A stretch of DNA of 64,000 bases from Gammaproteobacteria bacterium (GTDB lineage: Bacteria > Pseudomonadota > Gammaproteobacteria > VBWC01). Both the position numbers and the translations under genes were made by a program. The notes beneath the pieces are model-generated. The model made no database searches and was not told where the DNA came from. It saw only the letters and a list, made by a program, of their open reading frames with translations. The stretch is taken from contig JAHFRU010000003.1 in NCBI GenBank assembly GCA_023266115.1, positions 65,978 through 129,977 of the forward strand, written 5' to 3'. Positions 1 to 10,699 of this stretch are shown here, piece by piece; position 1 is the stretch's first letter; each line of letters starts with the position of its first letter.

Positions 1-1
1 G

Positions 2-430
2 TTGATCGGCGTCGTGCCTATCGTCAATCTGGAGTGGATCCAGAAGATCCATCGCGATACGTCGGCGCGTGGCTATTCTGCAGCGGCCGTGACCGACACG
101 ATCCTGCGACGCATGCCGGACTACGTGAAGACGATCACGCCGCAGTTCTCGCGCACCGATATCAATTTCCAGCGCGTGCCGATCGTCGATACGTCGAACC
201 CGTTCATCGCGCGTGATATCCCGACGCCGGACGAAAGCTTTGTCATCATCCGTTTCCGTTATCCGAAGAAGCATGACTTCCCGTATTACCAGCAGATGCT
301 GCACGGCTCATGGATGTCGCGCTATAACACGCTGGTCGTGCCGGGCGGCAAGATGGGCATGGCGATGGAGATCATTATCTACCCGGTCATTCACGACATG
401 ATGGAAAAGAAGCGCAAGGCCGCCGCCTGA
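2..430 (+). CDS. prkB: Phosphoribulokinase, 3' part (truncated by window start)
   Basis: NLEWIQKIHRD, PQFSRTDINFQRVP, DTSNPFIARDIPTPDES motifs of proteobacterial PRK. Confidence 0.93.
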   Translation: MIGVVPIVNLEWIQKIHRDTSARGYSAAAVTDTILRRMPDYVKTITPQFSRTDINFQRVPIVDTSNPFIARDIPTPDESFVIIRFRYPKKHDFPYYQQMLHGSWMSRYNTLVVPGGKMGMAMEIIIYPVIHDMMEKKRKAAA

Positions 431-450
431 GCGGCCTTGCCAGCCACAAT

Positions 451-478
451 ACGGGGGTCCCGGACTGCCGGCCCCCGT
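451..478 (+). terminator. GC-rich hairpin downstream of prk, possible terminator
   Basis: ACGGGGG..CCGG-ACTG-CCGG-CCCCCGT stem, weak U-tract. Confidence 0.4.
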
Positions 479-576
479 TGCTTGCTCACCGGTCTGCCGC
501 GGCGGTACTTCCCTGCACCGCACGGAACCCCTGAATAAATCTGGATGCTCGTGAACCAGCCGATAGCAGGCCGCTT

Positions 577-2670
577 ATGACCGACCATTTTCCCGCCAAC
601 CATCTCGCCAACGAAACTAGCCCGTATTTGCTGCAACACGCGCACAACCCGGTGCAATGGCGCCCGTGGGGCGCAGCGGCGCTGGCAACCGCGCGGCAGC
701 AAGACAAACCGATTCTGCTGTCCATTGGCTACTCGGCGTGTCACTGGTGTCACGTGATGGCGCACGAGTCGTTCGAGGATGAGGCCACCGCGGCGTTGAT
801 GAACGAGTTGTTCGTCAACATCAAGGTCGACCGCGAAGAGCGCCCCGATCTCGACAAGATCTATCAGCGCAGCCACAGCCTGCTGACGCGCCGCAACGGC
901 GGCTGGCCGCTGACCGTGTTTCTAAACCCCGGCGATCACGTGCCGTTCTTCGCCGGCACCTATTTCCCGCCGGAACCGCGTTACGGCATGCCGTCGTTCC
1001 AGGAGCTGCTGCGCCATATCGACCGCGTCTACCGCGAGCATCGTCCGGAGATCGACGAACAGAACACGATGTTTCTGAGCGCGCTGCAACAGGTGAGTAC
1101 CGCGCCGTCAGACGCTGACGCAGCGATCGGGCCGGCAGCACTCGACATGGCGCGCAACCAGCTTGAGCATAGTTACGACCCCGCGCATGGCGGCTTCGGC
1201 GGCGCGCCGAAATTCCCGCACCCGCCGAATCTGGAGCGGCTGTTGCGGCACTGGTCGGCAACGGCAATCGCCGGCAACCCGGACGGCAAGGCGCTCGACA
1301 TGGTGCTGAACACGCTGATGAAGATGGGCGACGGCGGCATCTTTGATCAGCTCGGCGGCGGCTTCTACCGCTATTCGGTCGATGAACGCTGGATGATCCC
1401 GCATTTCGAGAAAATGCTGTATGACAACGCGCTGCTGCTCGCCGTCTGCGCGCAGTCGCTGCAGATCAGCGGCAATCCGTTATTCGAACGCCTCATCACC
1501 GAGACGGCGGACTGGGTGATGCGAGAGATGCAATCGCCCGACGGCGGTTACTATGCGACGCTGGACGCCGATTCTGAAGGCGAGGAAGGCAAGTTCTATG
1601 CGTGGACGCGCGACGAGATCGCTGCGGTACTGTCCGGCAATGAACGCGCGCTGATCGAGCGCCGTTTCGGTTTCGACGGGCCGCCGAACTTCGAACACCG
1701 GTGGCATCTGCATATGCAGGCCGGCCTGAGCCAGCTGGCGGGTGAGTTCTCGCTGAGCCGCGAACAGGTGCTGGCGACGGTCGATGCCGCGCGGCGCAAG
1801 CTGTTCGCCAGGCGCGAACAGCGCGTGCGCCCGGGCCGTGACGAAAAAATCCTGCCGGCCTGGAACGGCCTGATGATCAAGGGCATGGCGCTGGCGGGGC
1901 GGGTGCTGAACCGTGCGGACATTATCGAGTCCGCGCAGCGCGCTGTCGATTTTATGTACCAAACGATGTGGCGGAACGGTCGCCTGCTGGCGACCTGCAA
2001 GGACGGTTACGCACATCTGATGGCCTATCTCGACGACCACGCGTTTCTGCTCGACGGCCTGCTCGAGTTGTTGCAAACGCGCTGGCGGCGCGCCGATCTC
2101 GATTTCGCGGTTGCGCTGGCCGAGGTGCTGCTGAGCCATTTTGAAGACAACGCCGACGGTGGTTTCTTTTTCACCGCCCATGATCACGAGCGACTGATCC
2201 AGCGGCCCAAACCGTACGCCGACGACGCGTTACCGGCCGGTAATGGCGTTGCGGCGCTGGCACTGCAACGGCTCGGACATCTGCTTGGCGAGACACGCTA
2301 TCTGGCGGCAGCCGAACGCGCGATTAAGGCGGCGTGGCCGGCGGTCATGCAGGCGCCGTATGCCCACAACGCGATGCTGGCAGCAGTCGAGGAATATTTG
2401 TATCCGCCGCAGGTGATCGTGTTGCGCGGCGCATGGCCGGATATGGCGCCATGGCTGACGCGCTGCAATACGCCTTATGCACCGCGGCGCAGCGCGATGG
2501 CGGTGCCGGACGATGCGAGCGGATTGCCCGGGTTGCTGCCCGGTGAGCGCCGCGCGGCTGACGGTCACGTCGTTGCCTACGTGTGCAGCGGCACGGTATG
2601 CGCGGCGCCGGTCACGTCATTGGCCGGACTCGATGCCGCGCTACGCGACGCCGAGGCCAGGGCGGACTGA
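577..2670 (+). CDS. Thioredoxin-domain protein, YyaL/SSP411 (DUF255) family
   Basis: [48 protein letters not shown]. Confidence 0.93.
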   Translation: MTDHFPANHLANETSPYLLQHAHNPVQWRPWGAAALATARQQDKPILLSIGYSACHWCHVMAHESFEDEATAALMNELFVNIKVDREERPDLDKIYQRSHSLLTRRNGGWPLTVFLNPGDHVPFFAGTYFPPEPRYGMPSFQELLRHIDRVYREHRPEIDEQNTMFLSALQQVSTAPSDADAAIGPAALDMARNQLEHSYDPAHGGFGGAPKFPHPPNLERLLRHWSATAIAGNPDGKALDMVLNTLMKMGDGGIFDQLGGGFYRYSVDERWMIPHFEKMLYDNALLLAVCAQSLQISGNPLFERLITETADWVMREMQSPDGGYYATLDADSEGEEGKFYAWTRDEIAAVLSGNERALIERRFGFDGPPNFEHRWHLHMQAGLSQLAGEFSLSREQVLATVDAARRKLFARREQRVRPGRDEKILPAWNGLMIKGMALAGRVLNRADIIESAQRAVDFMYQTMWRNGRLLATCKDGYAHLMAYLDDHAFLLDGLLELLQTRWRRADLDFAVALAEVLLSHFEDNADGGFFFTAHDHERLIQRPKPYADDALPAGNGVAALALQRLGHLLGETRYLAAAERAIKAAWPAVMQAPYAHNAMLAAVEEYLYPPQVIVLRGAWPDMAPWLTRCNTPYAPRRSAMAVPDDASGLPGLLPGERRAADGHVVAYVCSGTVCAAPVTSLAGLDAALRDAEARAD

Positions 2671-3990
2671 GTGGCCGGTTTTATTCTCCGCTGCCTGCTC
2701 TTTAGCGCATGGCTGGCCGCGCCCGCTATCGCGGCGCCGGTATGGATACCCGGCTGGTTACCGGATGCACCGCTGACGACGCCGCGTGTCGGCGCGGCAG
2801 TGATCGCGGTACGCGGTGTGATCTACGCGATCGGCGGCATCGACGGCAGCGATTTTCTTTCATCGACAGAATACAGCCGGATACAAGCGGATCAATCGCT
2901 GGCGCCGTGGCGCGTCACCTCGCCACTGAACGAGCCGCGCGGTTTTTTTGCGGCGGCGAACTTTGGCAATTATCTGTATGTCGCTGGCGGCGGCAACGGA
3001 CCTGGCGGGCATAATCTGCTGCGCAGCGTCGAGCGTGTCCGTGTGCTCGCCGACGGCAGCCTCGGTGCGTGGGAGACCGAGCAGCACACGCTGAACCTGC
3101 CGCGCCGGTGCAGCAAACTGGTCGTCGGCGGGCGTTATGTCTACGCGTTCGGTGGCTTCGGCGGTACCTTGCTGGATTCGATCGAGCGCGCCGAGATCCT
3201 GGCCGACGGTCATCTGGGCCCATGGCGGATGCGGGAGGATCGCCTGACGGTGCCGCGTTATGTCAGCGCGATTGCCACCGCCGGCGATCAGGTGTTCATC
3301 GTCGGCGGTCATGACGAGCATGGCGGCGCCGGGATTGCCGGTGTCGAGTACGCGACGATCGCGGCCGGCGGCGATATATCAACGTGGCGCGCGGCGCCAC
3401 CGTTGCTCACCGGGCGTTATGGCTTGTCCGCCACCGCCTGGCGCGGCCACGTCTATGCGCTGGGCGGACTTGCAGGCGCGACCTATGTCGATGCGATAGA
3501 GCAGGCGTTAACGAGTGACGCGGGTGCCAGCGCATGGCGCGTGACGACGCCGCTGCCAATGCCGCTCGCCAATCTCGCCGCCGTCGTGTCCGGGGATGCC
3601 ATTTACGTCATCGGCGGCACCAATCGCGACGGCTATTACAACCGCGTTTATCGCGCGAGTTTCGACGCGCAGGGTGATATCGGTTATTACGGCAGCGCCG
3701 CAGACGCCAGACAGTTCGAGGAGCGCCGCCAGGCGCCATCGACGCAGGCGAGATCCGCGCTGCCGTATCACGGCCGGGTGCTGGAGGTGGTACAGACCGG
3801 CGCCTACACCTATCTGCGTATTGCCGGCGACGATGGCGAGCTGTGGCTGGCCGGTCCGCAGATCGATCTGGCGGTCGGTGATCGCGTGCAGTTCAGTCGC
3901 GGTGTCGAGATGGTAAATTTCTACAGCAGGACCCTGCAACGCGATTTTTCCGCGATCCGATTCGTCGAGCGTTTTGAAAAACTACCGTGA
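2671..3990 (+). CDS. Secreted Kelch beta-propeller protein with C-terminal NrfJ-like (OB-fold) domain
   Basis: Signal peptide; six Kelch blades (IYAIGG, LYVAGG, VYAFGG, VFIVGG, VYALGG, IYVIGG); C-terminal YTYLRI..WLA..NFYSRTLQRDF domain. Confidence 0.75.
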   Translation: MAGFILRCLLFSAWLAAPAIAAPVWIPGWLPDAPLTTPRVGAAVIAVRGVIYAIGGIDGSDFLSSTEYSRIQADQSLAPWRVTSPLNEPRGFFAAANFGNYLYVAGGGNGPGGHNLLRSVERVRVLADGSLGAWETEQHTLNLPRRCSKLVVGGRYVYAFGGFGGTLLDSIERAEILADGHLGPWRMREDRLTVPRYVSAIATAGDQVFIVGGHDEHGGAGIAGVEYATIAAGGDISTWRAAPPLLTGRYGLSATAWRGHVYALGGLAGATYVDAIEQALTSDAGASAWRVTTPLPMPLANLAAVVSGDAIYVIGGTNRDGYYNRVYRASFDAQGDIGYYGSAADARQFEERRQAPSTQARSALPYHGRVLEVVQTGAYTYLRIAGDDGELWLAGPQIDLAVGDRVQFSRGVEMVNFYSRTLQRDFSAIRFVERFEKLP

Positions 3991-4005
3991 CGCCGGTTCG
4001 CGCCG

Positions 4006-4938
4006 CTACAGGCGATGGCCGAAGTTTTCCTCGAAGCGGTCGTCGAATTCGGCGCGCGTAAACCGGTGGTTTTGCGTGCCGGGGTTTTCAATCTTGATTG
4101 CGCCCATCATCGAGGCGATCCGGCCGCTGGTCTCCCAGTCCATCTTGTTCATCAGCCCGTACAGCAGCCCGGCGCGATAGGCATCGCCGCAGCCGGTCGG
4201 GTCGACCTGGGCGATCGGCGTCGCGGCGGGGATGTCGATACGATGGCCTTCCGCATAGATTTGCGAGCCCCTGGCGCCAAGCGTGACGATCAATGCGTCG
4301 ACCCGTTCGGCGAGTTCATGTGCGGACAGCCCGGTGCGCTGTTCAAGCACCTGCGCCTCGTAGTCATTGACGGCAACCCAGCTCGCTTTGTCGATGAAGT
4401 CCAGCAGATCATCGCCGTTAAACATCGGCAGGCCCTGGCCGGGGTCGAACATGAACGGAATACCGGCGTCGGCGAACTGCCGGGCGTGCTCGATCATGCC
4501 GTCGCGGCCGTCCGGCGCGATAACGCCGATGGTCACGCCGCGCGTATCGGTGATGCGGTTTTCGTGCGAGAAACTCATCGCACCCGGGTGAAACGCGGTG
4601 ATCTGGTTGTCATCCATATCGGTCGTGATATAGGCTTGGGCGGTGTAACTGTTCTTGATCGGCTTGAGGCGCGACATATCGATGCTGTGGGTTTCCATCC
4701 ATTGCGCATACGGCGCGAAGTCGGTGCCGACCGTGGCCATCGGGATGCCATCGCCGCCGAGCAGCGTCAGGTTATAGGCAATGTTGCCGGCGCAGCCGCC
4801 GAACTCGCGGCGCAGCTTCGGCACCAGAAACGATACATTCAGGATGTGGATACGCTCGGGCAGGATATGGCGGCTGAACTGGTCAGGGAACACCATGATG
4901 GTGTCGTAGGCAACCGAACCGCAGATAAGCGCTGACAT
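4006..4938 (-). CDS. PfkB-family carbohydrate kinase (adenosine kinase-like)
   Basis: CGSVAYD, FGGCAGNIAY, DPTGCGDAYRAG; start moved to ATG 4938. Confidence 0.9.
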   Translation of the reverse strand: MSALICGSVAYDTIMVFPDQFSRHILPERIHILNVSFLVPKLRREFGGCAGNIAYNLTLLGGDGIPMATVGTDFAPYAQWMETHSIDMSRLKPIKNSYTAQAYITTDMDDNQITAFHPGAMSFSHENRITDTRGVTIGVIAPDGRDGMIEHARQFADAGIPFMFDPGQGLPMFNGDDLLDFIDKASWVAVNDYEAQVLEQRTGLSAHELAERVDALIVTLGARGSQIYAEGHRIDIPAATPIAQVDPTGCGDAYRAGLLYGLMNKMDWETSGRIASMMGAIKIENPGTQNHRFTRAEFDDRFEENFGHRL

Positions 4939-4975
4939 TGTGTGGGTCTCCAGCCGTTTTCGGGCAATCAGATTG

Positions 4976-5335
4976 TTATACCAGAACCAGCCACCAGATG
5001 GCGGCGGCATTGACCAGCGCGATAAATACCGCGGCCGATCCCATGTCCTTCGCGCGCCCCGACAGTTCGTGACGCTCGCTGCCGATCCGGTCGGCAATCG
5101 CCTCAATGGCCGAGTTGATCACCTCGACGATCAGCACCAGCAGCAGGCTGCCGATCAGCAGCGCACGCTCGATACCGCCGTCGCCCAGCCAGTAAGCGAG
5201 CGGCGCGAGTATCGTGAACAGCACCAGCTCCAGCCGGAACGCCTCTTCATGACGAAACGTGCTGACCAGACCTTGCCACGAATACACCGTCGCGTTGACC
5301 AGCCGCTTCAAGCCGCGATCGGGTGAGCCGGCCAT
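4976..5335 (-). CDS. dgkA: Diacylglycerol kinase
   Basis: EEAFRLE, EVINSAIEAIAD, AKDMGSAAV. Confidence 0.93.
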   Translation of the reverse strand: MAGSPDRGLKRLVNATVYSWQGLVSTFRHEEAFRLELVLFTILAPLAYWLGDGGIERALLIGSLLLVLIVEVINSAIEAIADRIGSERHELSGRAKDMGSAAVFIALVNAAAIWWLVLV

Positions 5336-5338
5336 CGT

Positions 5339-6793
5339 TCAACCGGCCGCCGGCCGCCAGACCAGATCTAGCTCGCGGGCGGCGCGCACGTCATCGAGCC
5401 GCCGTACCGGTAACTTGTGGGGCGCACCTTTGAGCAGTGTGGCATCGGTCTGTGCCTCGGCGAGTATCTTGAGCATCGCGACGATGAAGGCGTCCAGCTC
5501 CTCCTTGGTCTCGGTCTCGGTCGGTTCGATCAGCAGACATTCCGGCACCAGCAACGGGAAATACGTCGTCGGTGCATGGAAACCGTAGTCGAGCAGGCGT
5601 TTGGCGAAATCCATGGCGGTGATACCGAGCGCCCTGGCCTGCCTTTTCAGCGTGACGATGAATTCGTGTGTTGCGCGCCGTTGCGGATAGGCGAGGTCAA
5701 AACCATTCTTCCGCAGCTGCGCCATCAGGTAGTTGGCGTTGAGCGTCGCGAACTCGGCGACGCGATGCATGCCGTCGCGTCCCAGCAGCCGCGCATAGAT
5801 ATACGCGCGTAACAGAATACCCACGTTACCGTTGGACGCGGCGAGGCGGCCCATGGTCTGCGGGCAGTCCTGTTCGGTCAGCCAGCGATAGCCCCCGTTG
5901 TCGCGCGCGACCATCGGCACGGGCAGGAACGGTATCAAACGCTCATTGACACCGACCGGCCCCGCGCCGGGTCCGCCGCCGCCGTGCGGCGTCGAGAAGG
6001 TCTTGTGCAGATTCATATGGATCACGTCGAATCCCATGTCGCCGGGTTTGACCTTGCCGAGGATCGCGTTCAGATTGGCGCCGTCGTAATAGAGCAGGCC
6101 GCCGGCCTGATGCACGATCCTTGCAATCTCCATGATACGCCGCTCGAATACGCCGAGCGTCGACGGATTGGTCAGCATGATGCCGGCCGTCTGCGGACCG
6201 ACCGCGCTGCGCAGCGCGTCCAGATCGACGTCGCCCTGATCGTTGGTCGGGATCTCGCGCACCTTGTAGCCGCACATCACCGCGGTCGCCGGGTTGGTGC
6301 CGTGCGCCGCATCCGGGACGAGTATTTCCGTGCGGGCGTGATCGTTGCGCGAATTATGATAGGCACGGATCATCGCCACACCGGCGAACTCGCCCTGCGC
6401 GCCGGCCATCGGCGCCATCGACACGGCACGCATGCCGGTGACGTCCTTGAGCATTTCCTGCAGTTCATACATACACGCGAGCAGACCCTGGCCGGTGTCG
6501 TCGGGGGCCGCCGGATGACGCGCCAGGAACTCCGGCAGCATCGCCAGCGAATTGCAGGCGCGCGGATTGTATTTCATCGTGCAGGAGCCGAGCGGATAGA
6601 AGTGCGTGTCGATCGAGAAATTTTTCTGCGAAAGCCGCGTGTAGTGACGCACTGCCTGCATCTCGGAGACCTCCGGCAGTAGCGGTCTGTCGCTGCGCAG
6701 GAACTGCGCCGGGATGTCGCTGCAGTCGACCTTGTGATGCGGCGCCTGTCCGGGATTGCGTCGCCCTGTCTGTGACTGTTCGAAAATCAGCAT
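5339..6793 (-). CDS. gcvPB: Glycine dehydrogenase subunit 2
   Basis: [33 protein letters not shown] site; operon context. Confidence 0.95.
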   Translation of the reverse strand: MLIFEQSQTGRRNPGQAPHHKVDCSDIPAQFLRSDRPLLPEVSEMQAVRHYTRLSQKNFSIDTHFYPLGSCTMKYNPRACNSLAMLPEFLARHPAAPDDTGQGLLACMYELQEMLKDVTGMRAVSMAPMAGAQGEFAGVAMIRAYHNSRNDHARTEILVPDAAHGTNPATAVMCGYKVREIPTNDQGDVDLDALRSAVGPQTAGIMLTNPSTLGVFERRIMEIARIVHQAGGLLYYDGANLNAILGKVKPGDMGFDVIHMNLHKTFSTPHGGGGPGAGPVGVNERLIPFLPVPMVARDNGGYRWLTEQDCPQTMGRLAASNGNVGILLRAYIYARLLGRDGMHRVAEFATLNANYLMAQLRKNGFDLAYPQRRATHEFIVTLKRQARALGITAMDFAKRLLDYGFHAPTTYFPLLVPECLLIEPTETETKEELDAFIVAMLKILAEAQTDATLLKGAPHKLPVRRLDDVRAARELDLVWRPAAG

Positions 6794-6799
6794 GTCGTG

Positions 6800-8164
6800 T
6801 TACCCGTGTGTGAGCAGCGCGCCGGTGGCGGCGACAAAGGCGTCGATATCCGTGGCGGTCTTGGTTTCCGTGGCGCAGACCAGCAGTGCGTTGCCGAGCT
6901 CGGGATAATCCCGGCCGAGGTCGTAGCCGCCAAGAATCCTCTGTTTGCGCAGCCCGTTTAGCAGCCCCGCGACCGGTTGATCGAATTGCAAGACGGTTTC
7001 ATGAAAACACGGCCGGTCGAACCGTTTCGCGACGCCGTTGAGCGCGGCGAGCTTGTCGGCCAGTGTTACTGTATTCGCGTGGCAGGCGCGCGCGACGCGT
7101 TCCAGCCCGTCAGGGCCGAGCAATGCCATGTGTATCGTGGCCGCGGTCACCAGCAGGCCTTGATTGGTGCAGATATTCGATGTCGCCTTGGAGCGGCGGA
7201 TATGTTGCTCGCGTGCCTGTAGCGTCAGCGTATAGCCCGGCTTGCCGTCGAGATCGACGGTGCGGCCGACGATACGCCCCGGCATTTGCCGTACGTGTTC
7301 CTGTTTGCAGGCAATGAAGCCGAACCACGGTCCGCCGGACGACAGCGGTATACCGAGTGGTTGGCCGTCACCGCAGGCGATGTCGGCGCCGTTCGCGCCC
7401 CACTGGCCGGGCGGCTTCAGCAGCGCCGCTGCCAGCGGATTGATCAGGCCGATGACCAGGGCGTTGTTGGCATGCGCCCAGTCGGTCAGCACGTCGACGT
7501 TCTCGAGCACACCGAAAAAGTTTGGCTGCGGGATCACCACGGCGGCGACATCGTCGCCCTTGAGCCGGTCGAGCGCATCGATCGTGACATGACCGCCTTG
7601 CGGGTCAAAATCAACGTCGATGATCTCGATGTTCTGGTTGCGCACGATCGTCGCCACGACCTTGCGGTAGTTCGGATGTACCGTGCGCGGCATCAGGATG
7701 CGTTTGGATTTCGATTGGCGATTGGCGCGCACCGCCATCAACACCGCCTCGGCAAGCGCCGAGCCGCCCTCGTAAAGCGATGCGTTCGACACGTCCATGC
7801 CGGTCAGGCTGGCCATCATGGTCTGGTATTCGTACAGCAGTTGCAGCGTGCCCTGGCTCGCTTCGGCCTGGTATGGCGTGTAGGCCGAGTAGAATTCGCC
7901 GCGCGTCGCGATCTGCCAGACCGCCGCCGGGATGTGATGGTCGTAGGCGCCGGCGCCGATGTAGCACTGGTAACGGCCGTCCTGTGTCGCGCGTTGCGCC
8001 ATCAGCTGGCTGATTTCCATTTCCGTCGCGCCGGGCGGGATCTTGGCGAGACTGCCCTTGCGCAGCTCGGCCGGGATCTCGTCAAACAGTTCTTCGATGC
8101 TGGACGCGCCGATGGCCGCCAGCATGGCGGCGATATCGGCCTGGGTATGGGGGATGAACGGCAC
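6800..8164 (-). CDS. gcvPA: Glycine dehydrogenase subunit 1
   Basis: [29 protein letters not shown]. Confidence 0.95.
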   Translation of the reverse strand: MPFIPHTQADIAAMLAAIGASSIEELFDEIPAELRKGSLAKIPPGATEMEISQLMAQRATQDGRYQCYIGAGAYDHHIPAAVWQIATRGEFYSAYTPYQAEASQGTLQLLYEYQTMMASLTGMDVSNASLYEGGSALAEAVLMAVRANRQSKSKRILMPRTVHPNYRKVVATIVRNQNIEIIDVDFDPQGGHVTIDALDRLKGDDVAAVVIPQPNFFGVLENVDVLTDWAHANNALVIGLINPLAAALLKPPGQWGANGADIACGDGQPLGIPLSSGGPWFGFIACKQEHVRQMPGRIVGRTVDLDGKPGYTLTLQAREQHIRRSKATSNICTNQGLLVTAATIHMALLGPDGLERVARACHANTVTLADKLAALNGVAKRFDRPCFHETVLQFDQPVAGLLNGLRKQRILGGYDLGRDYPELGNALLVCATETKTATDIDAFVAATGALLTHG

Positions 8165-8182
8165 GGCTAACCTCGGTCGCGA

Positions 8183-8578
8183 TCAGTGTGATTCGGATTC
8201 CGCCACCGCGGCATAGGCGTGCGCGTCCAGCAGCTTGTCGAGCTCGCCCGGATTCGACGGCGCAATTTCAAACAACCAGCCATCGCTGTAGGGCGCCTGA
8301 TTGACCGTTTCCGGCGCGTCGGCGACGGTACTGTTGGTCCCGGTGACGGTGCCGCTTACCGGGGCGTAGACGTCGGATGCCGCCTTGACGGATTCGACGA
8401 CCGCGCATTCTTCACCGGCGGCCACTTGACGACCCACCTCCGGCAGTTCGATGAACACCATGTCGCCCAACTGGCCCTGCGCGTGATCGGTGATACCGAC
8501 GCGCACATTACCGTTATCGAGGCGCTGTGCCCATTCGTGGCTCTTCGCGTATCTGAGATTTCCCGGGGTCTTGGTCAT
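8183..8578 (-). CDS. gcvH: Glycine cleavage H protein
   Basis: SHEW, GITDHAQ, VESVKAASD lipoyl-lysine motif; start ATG 8578. Confidence 0.95.
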   Translation of the reverse strand: MTKTPGNLRYAKSHEWAQRLDNGNVRVGITDHAQGQLGDMVFIELPEVGRQVAAGEECAVVESVKAASDVYAPVSGTVTGTNSTVADAPETVNQAPYSDGWLFEIAPSNPGELDKLLDAHAYAAVAESESH

Positions 8579-8642
8579 CGTTGTCGCTCCGTACGGCTGG
8601 TAAACAAAGTTTAATACTCTATTGCGGATGAATCTGTGCCCG

Positions 8643-9728
8643 CTACAAACAGGACTGGCCGGCGCGGACAAACGGCGGTTTGATGATGGTTGCGTCCAGC
8701 CGTTTGCCACGTATCTCGACCTCGCAGTCGCCTTTGACCTGCCCGGCGATGCGCGCCAAGGCAATCGATTTGCCCAGCGTAGGCGAAAACGTGCCGCTGG
8801 TGATCTCGCCGACGACCTCGCCATTGACGAATACCTGCTGGTGGCTGCGTAACACGCCCTTGTCATTCAACACCAGGCCGACGAACGTGCGCTGTGGCCC
8901 GCGTTGCCTGCTGATTTCAAGACTGCGGCGGCCGATGAACTCGCGGTCTGTCGGGTCCCAGGCGACGGTCCAGCCCAGCCCCGATTCCAGCGGATGTGTC
9001 GTTTCGTCCATATCGGTTCCATACAGGTTCATGCCGGCCTCCAGCCGCAGTGTATCGCGGGCGCCGAGACCGGCGGGCTTCACGCCGGCCTTCAGCAGTT
9101 TTCGCCAGAAGGCGCTGGCCTGTGTCGCCGGCAGCATGATTTCGTAACCGTCCTCGCCGGTATAGCCGGTGCGGGCGATGATCATGTCGCGTATGCGCGC
9201 GGCACTGAACGGTGTCAGCAACGCGGTCGCGGCGCGCTGCGCCTCGTCGAGAATACCGTGTACGCGTTCACGCGCCGTGGGGCCCTGTACCGCGATCATC
9301 GCGGTGTCGGCACGCTCGTTGACGATAACATCGCGATTTTTCGCCTGCCCGATGATCCACGCGAGGTCCTTGTCGCGTGTCGCGGCATTGACGACAAGCC
9401 GGTAGTGGCGGTCATCGAAGTAATACGTGATCAGGTCATCGATCACGCCGCCGTGATCGTTCAACATGCAACTGTAGAACGCCTTGCCGGACACTTTCAG
9501 CCGGTCGATATTGTTGGCCAGCAATCCGCGCAGGAAACTTTTAACGTCGGCCCCCTCGAGGTCGACGATGGTCATGTGCGATACATCGAACATGCCGGCG
9601 TCGCGGCGCACCTGATGGTGTTCGTCGATCTGCGAACCGTAATGCAGCGGCATTTCCCAGCCGCCGAAATCGACGATCCTGGCGCCGGCGTCCAGATGTT
9701 CCTGATAGAGCGGTGTGCGTTTTCCCAT
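8643..9728 (-). CDS. gcvT: Glycine cleavage aminomethyltransferase T
   Basis: FGGWEMPLHY, FDVSHM, RTGYTGEDG, GLGARDTLRLEAG; start ATG 9728. Confidence 0.96.
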   Translation of the reverse strand: MGKRTPLYQEHLDAGARIVDFGGWEMPLHYGSQIDEHHQVRRDAGMFDVSHMTIVDLEGADVKSFLRGLLANNIDRLKVSGKAFYSCMLNDHGGVIDDLITYYFDDRHYRLVVNAATRDKDLAWIIGQAKNRDVIVNERADTAMIAVQGPTARERVHGILDEAQRAATALLTPFSAARIRDMIIARTGYTGEDGYEIMLPATQASAFWRKLLKAGVKPAGLGARDTLRLEAGMNLYGTDMDETTHPLESGLGWTVAWDPTDREFIGRRSLEISRQRGPQRTFVGLVLNDKGVLRSHQQVFVNGEVVGEITSGTFSPTLGKSIALARIAGQVKGDCEVEIRGKRLDATIIKPPFVRAGQSCL

Positions 9729-9794
9729 GGTTCCCGTACCGGTTGGCTCGCCTTTGGTTTCCGTTATTTTTTGCTTTGCTCCGGGGCCGCACAT

Positions 9795-9830
9795 AAAAAA
9801 AGCGACAGACCGGATGCCGTGTCTGTCGCT
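9795..9830 (-). terminator. Intrinsic terminator, expression platform of the glycine riboswitch
   Basis: 10-bp stem AGCGACAGAC/GTCTGTCGCT followed by a T run on the minus strand. Confidence 0.85.
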
Positions 9831-10022
9831 CCTCTGTCCGGATACCTGAGAGCTTGAGCCCCTTCGGTGAGCGTCGTCGTGAACCGCGGTTCCGCGAAAC
9901 CTCTCTCCAGAGTCAACATACCCGTGCGGTCCTTTTGCCTGAGCGATTCCGAGCGAGGTTGCGCCTTCGGCGCCCCTGAACACTTTAGCGTAAGCCGGAT
10001 CAGGGGTCTCTCCCACAGGGGG
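9828..10022 (-). promoter_or_regulatory. Tandem glycine riboswitch
   Basis: Two aptamers: GGGAGAGA..CGCCGAAGGCGCAA..CTCAGGCAAAAGGAC and CTCTGGAGAGA..CACCGAAGG..CTCTCAGGTA..GGACAGAG, upstream of gcvT. Confidence 0.95.
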
Positions 10023-10243
10023 ATAACGTTGAGCGGGTCACTATACCGGCGGCATCGGAAAAATCCAAGCTGTACGCGATCACGGCGGGTCGGGCGACGC
10101 CGTGGAGCGCAGCGCCTTATCGCGGTCGAATCGGCATAGGTTCCGCTGATTTTCAGACAGATTTCGCCGATAACCTGAATGACAGACACGTACGGTGCCG
10201 GGGGTCGTCGGTGACCGACCCGGTGCCCGATCGGAGGTGGCAA

Positions 10244-10600
10244 ATGCGATCGCTGGAAGGCGGTGTTCTGTACCGGACAAGCGGGCCCCTGAAGTCAGGG
10301 TCCTGGCTGGAATCGCTGATTCTATCCGGTTGTCTGCTGACGTCGCTGTTCGCGCTGTCGGCGCCGGCATTCGCTGCGGAGCCTGCCGAGATTGATGACG
10401 TCCTCGAGCCGCGCAACCGGGAGTGGAAGGATGTGCGGCTGGACGGCAGTTTGCGTGTGCGCGGTGTCGAGTTTGGCGACCGGGCCTACATCGGGCAGAC
10501 GAAGGTCGGCGGTAAATGGGGCCTCGGCATCGTCGTGGATCGTGGCGACTACGCCTACGGCGCGGCCAATCAAGGCGTTCTTTTTCTGAAACGATTCTGA
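10244..10600 (+). CDS. Hypothetical exported small beta-rich protein
   Basis: GGAGG SD 6 nt before ATG 10244; hydrophobic segment ending APAFA; alternating beta-strand pattern; C-terminal Phe. Confidence 0.55.
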   Translation: MRSLEGGVLYRTSGPLKSGSWLESLILSGCLLTSLFALSAPAFAAEPAEIDDVLEPRNREWKDVRLDGSLRVRGVEFGDRAYIGQTKVGGKWGLGIVVDRGDYAYGAANQGVLFLKRF

Positions 10601-10699
10601 CGATTCGCTGTTTCTCGGCCGGCCTGGTGTTGGTGGCGGCGGTTGGACTTCCCGGGGTGCGTTATATACCATCGGCCGAACACTGTTTCTTGACTGCCG

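Noticed and set aside
2..430. Inference of Calvin-cycle autotrophy from prk
   Set aside because: No RuBisCO genes in the window and prkB also occurs in heterotrophic Gammaproteobacteria.
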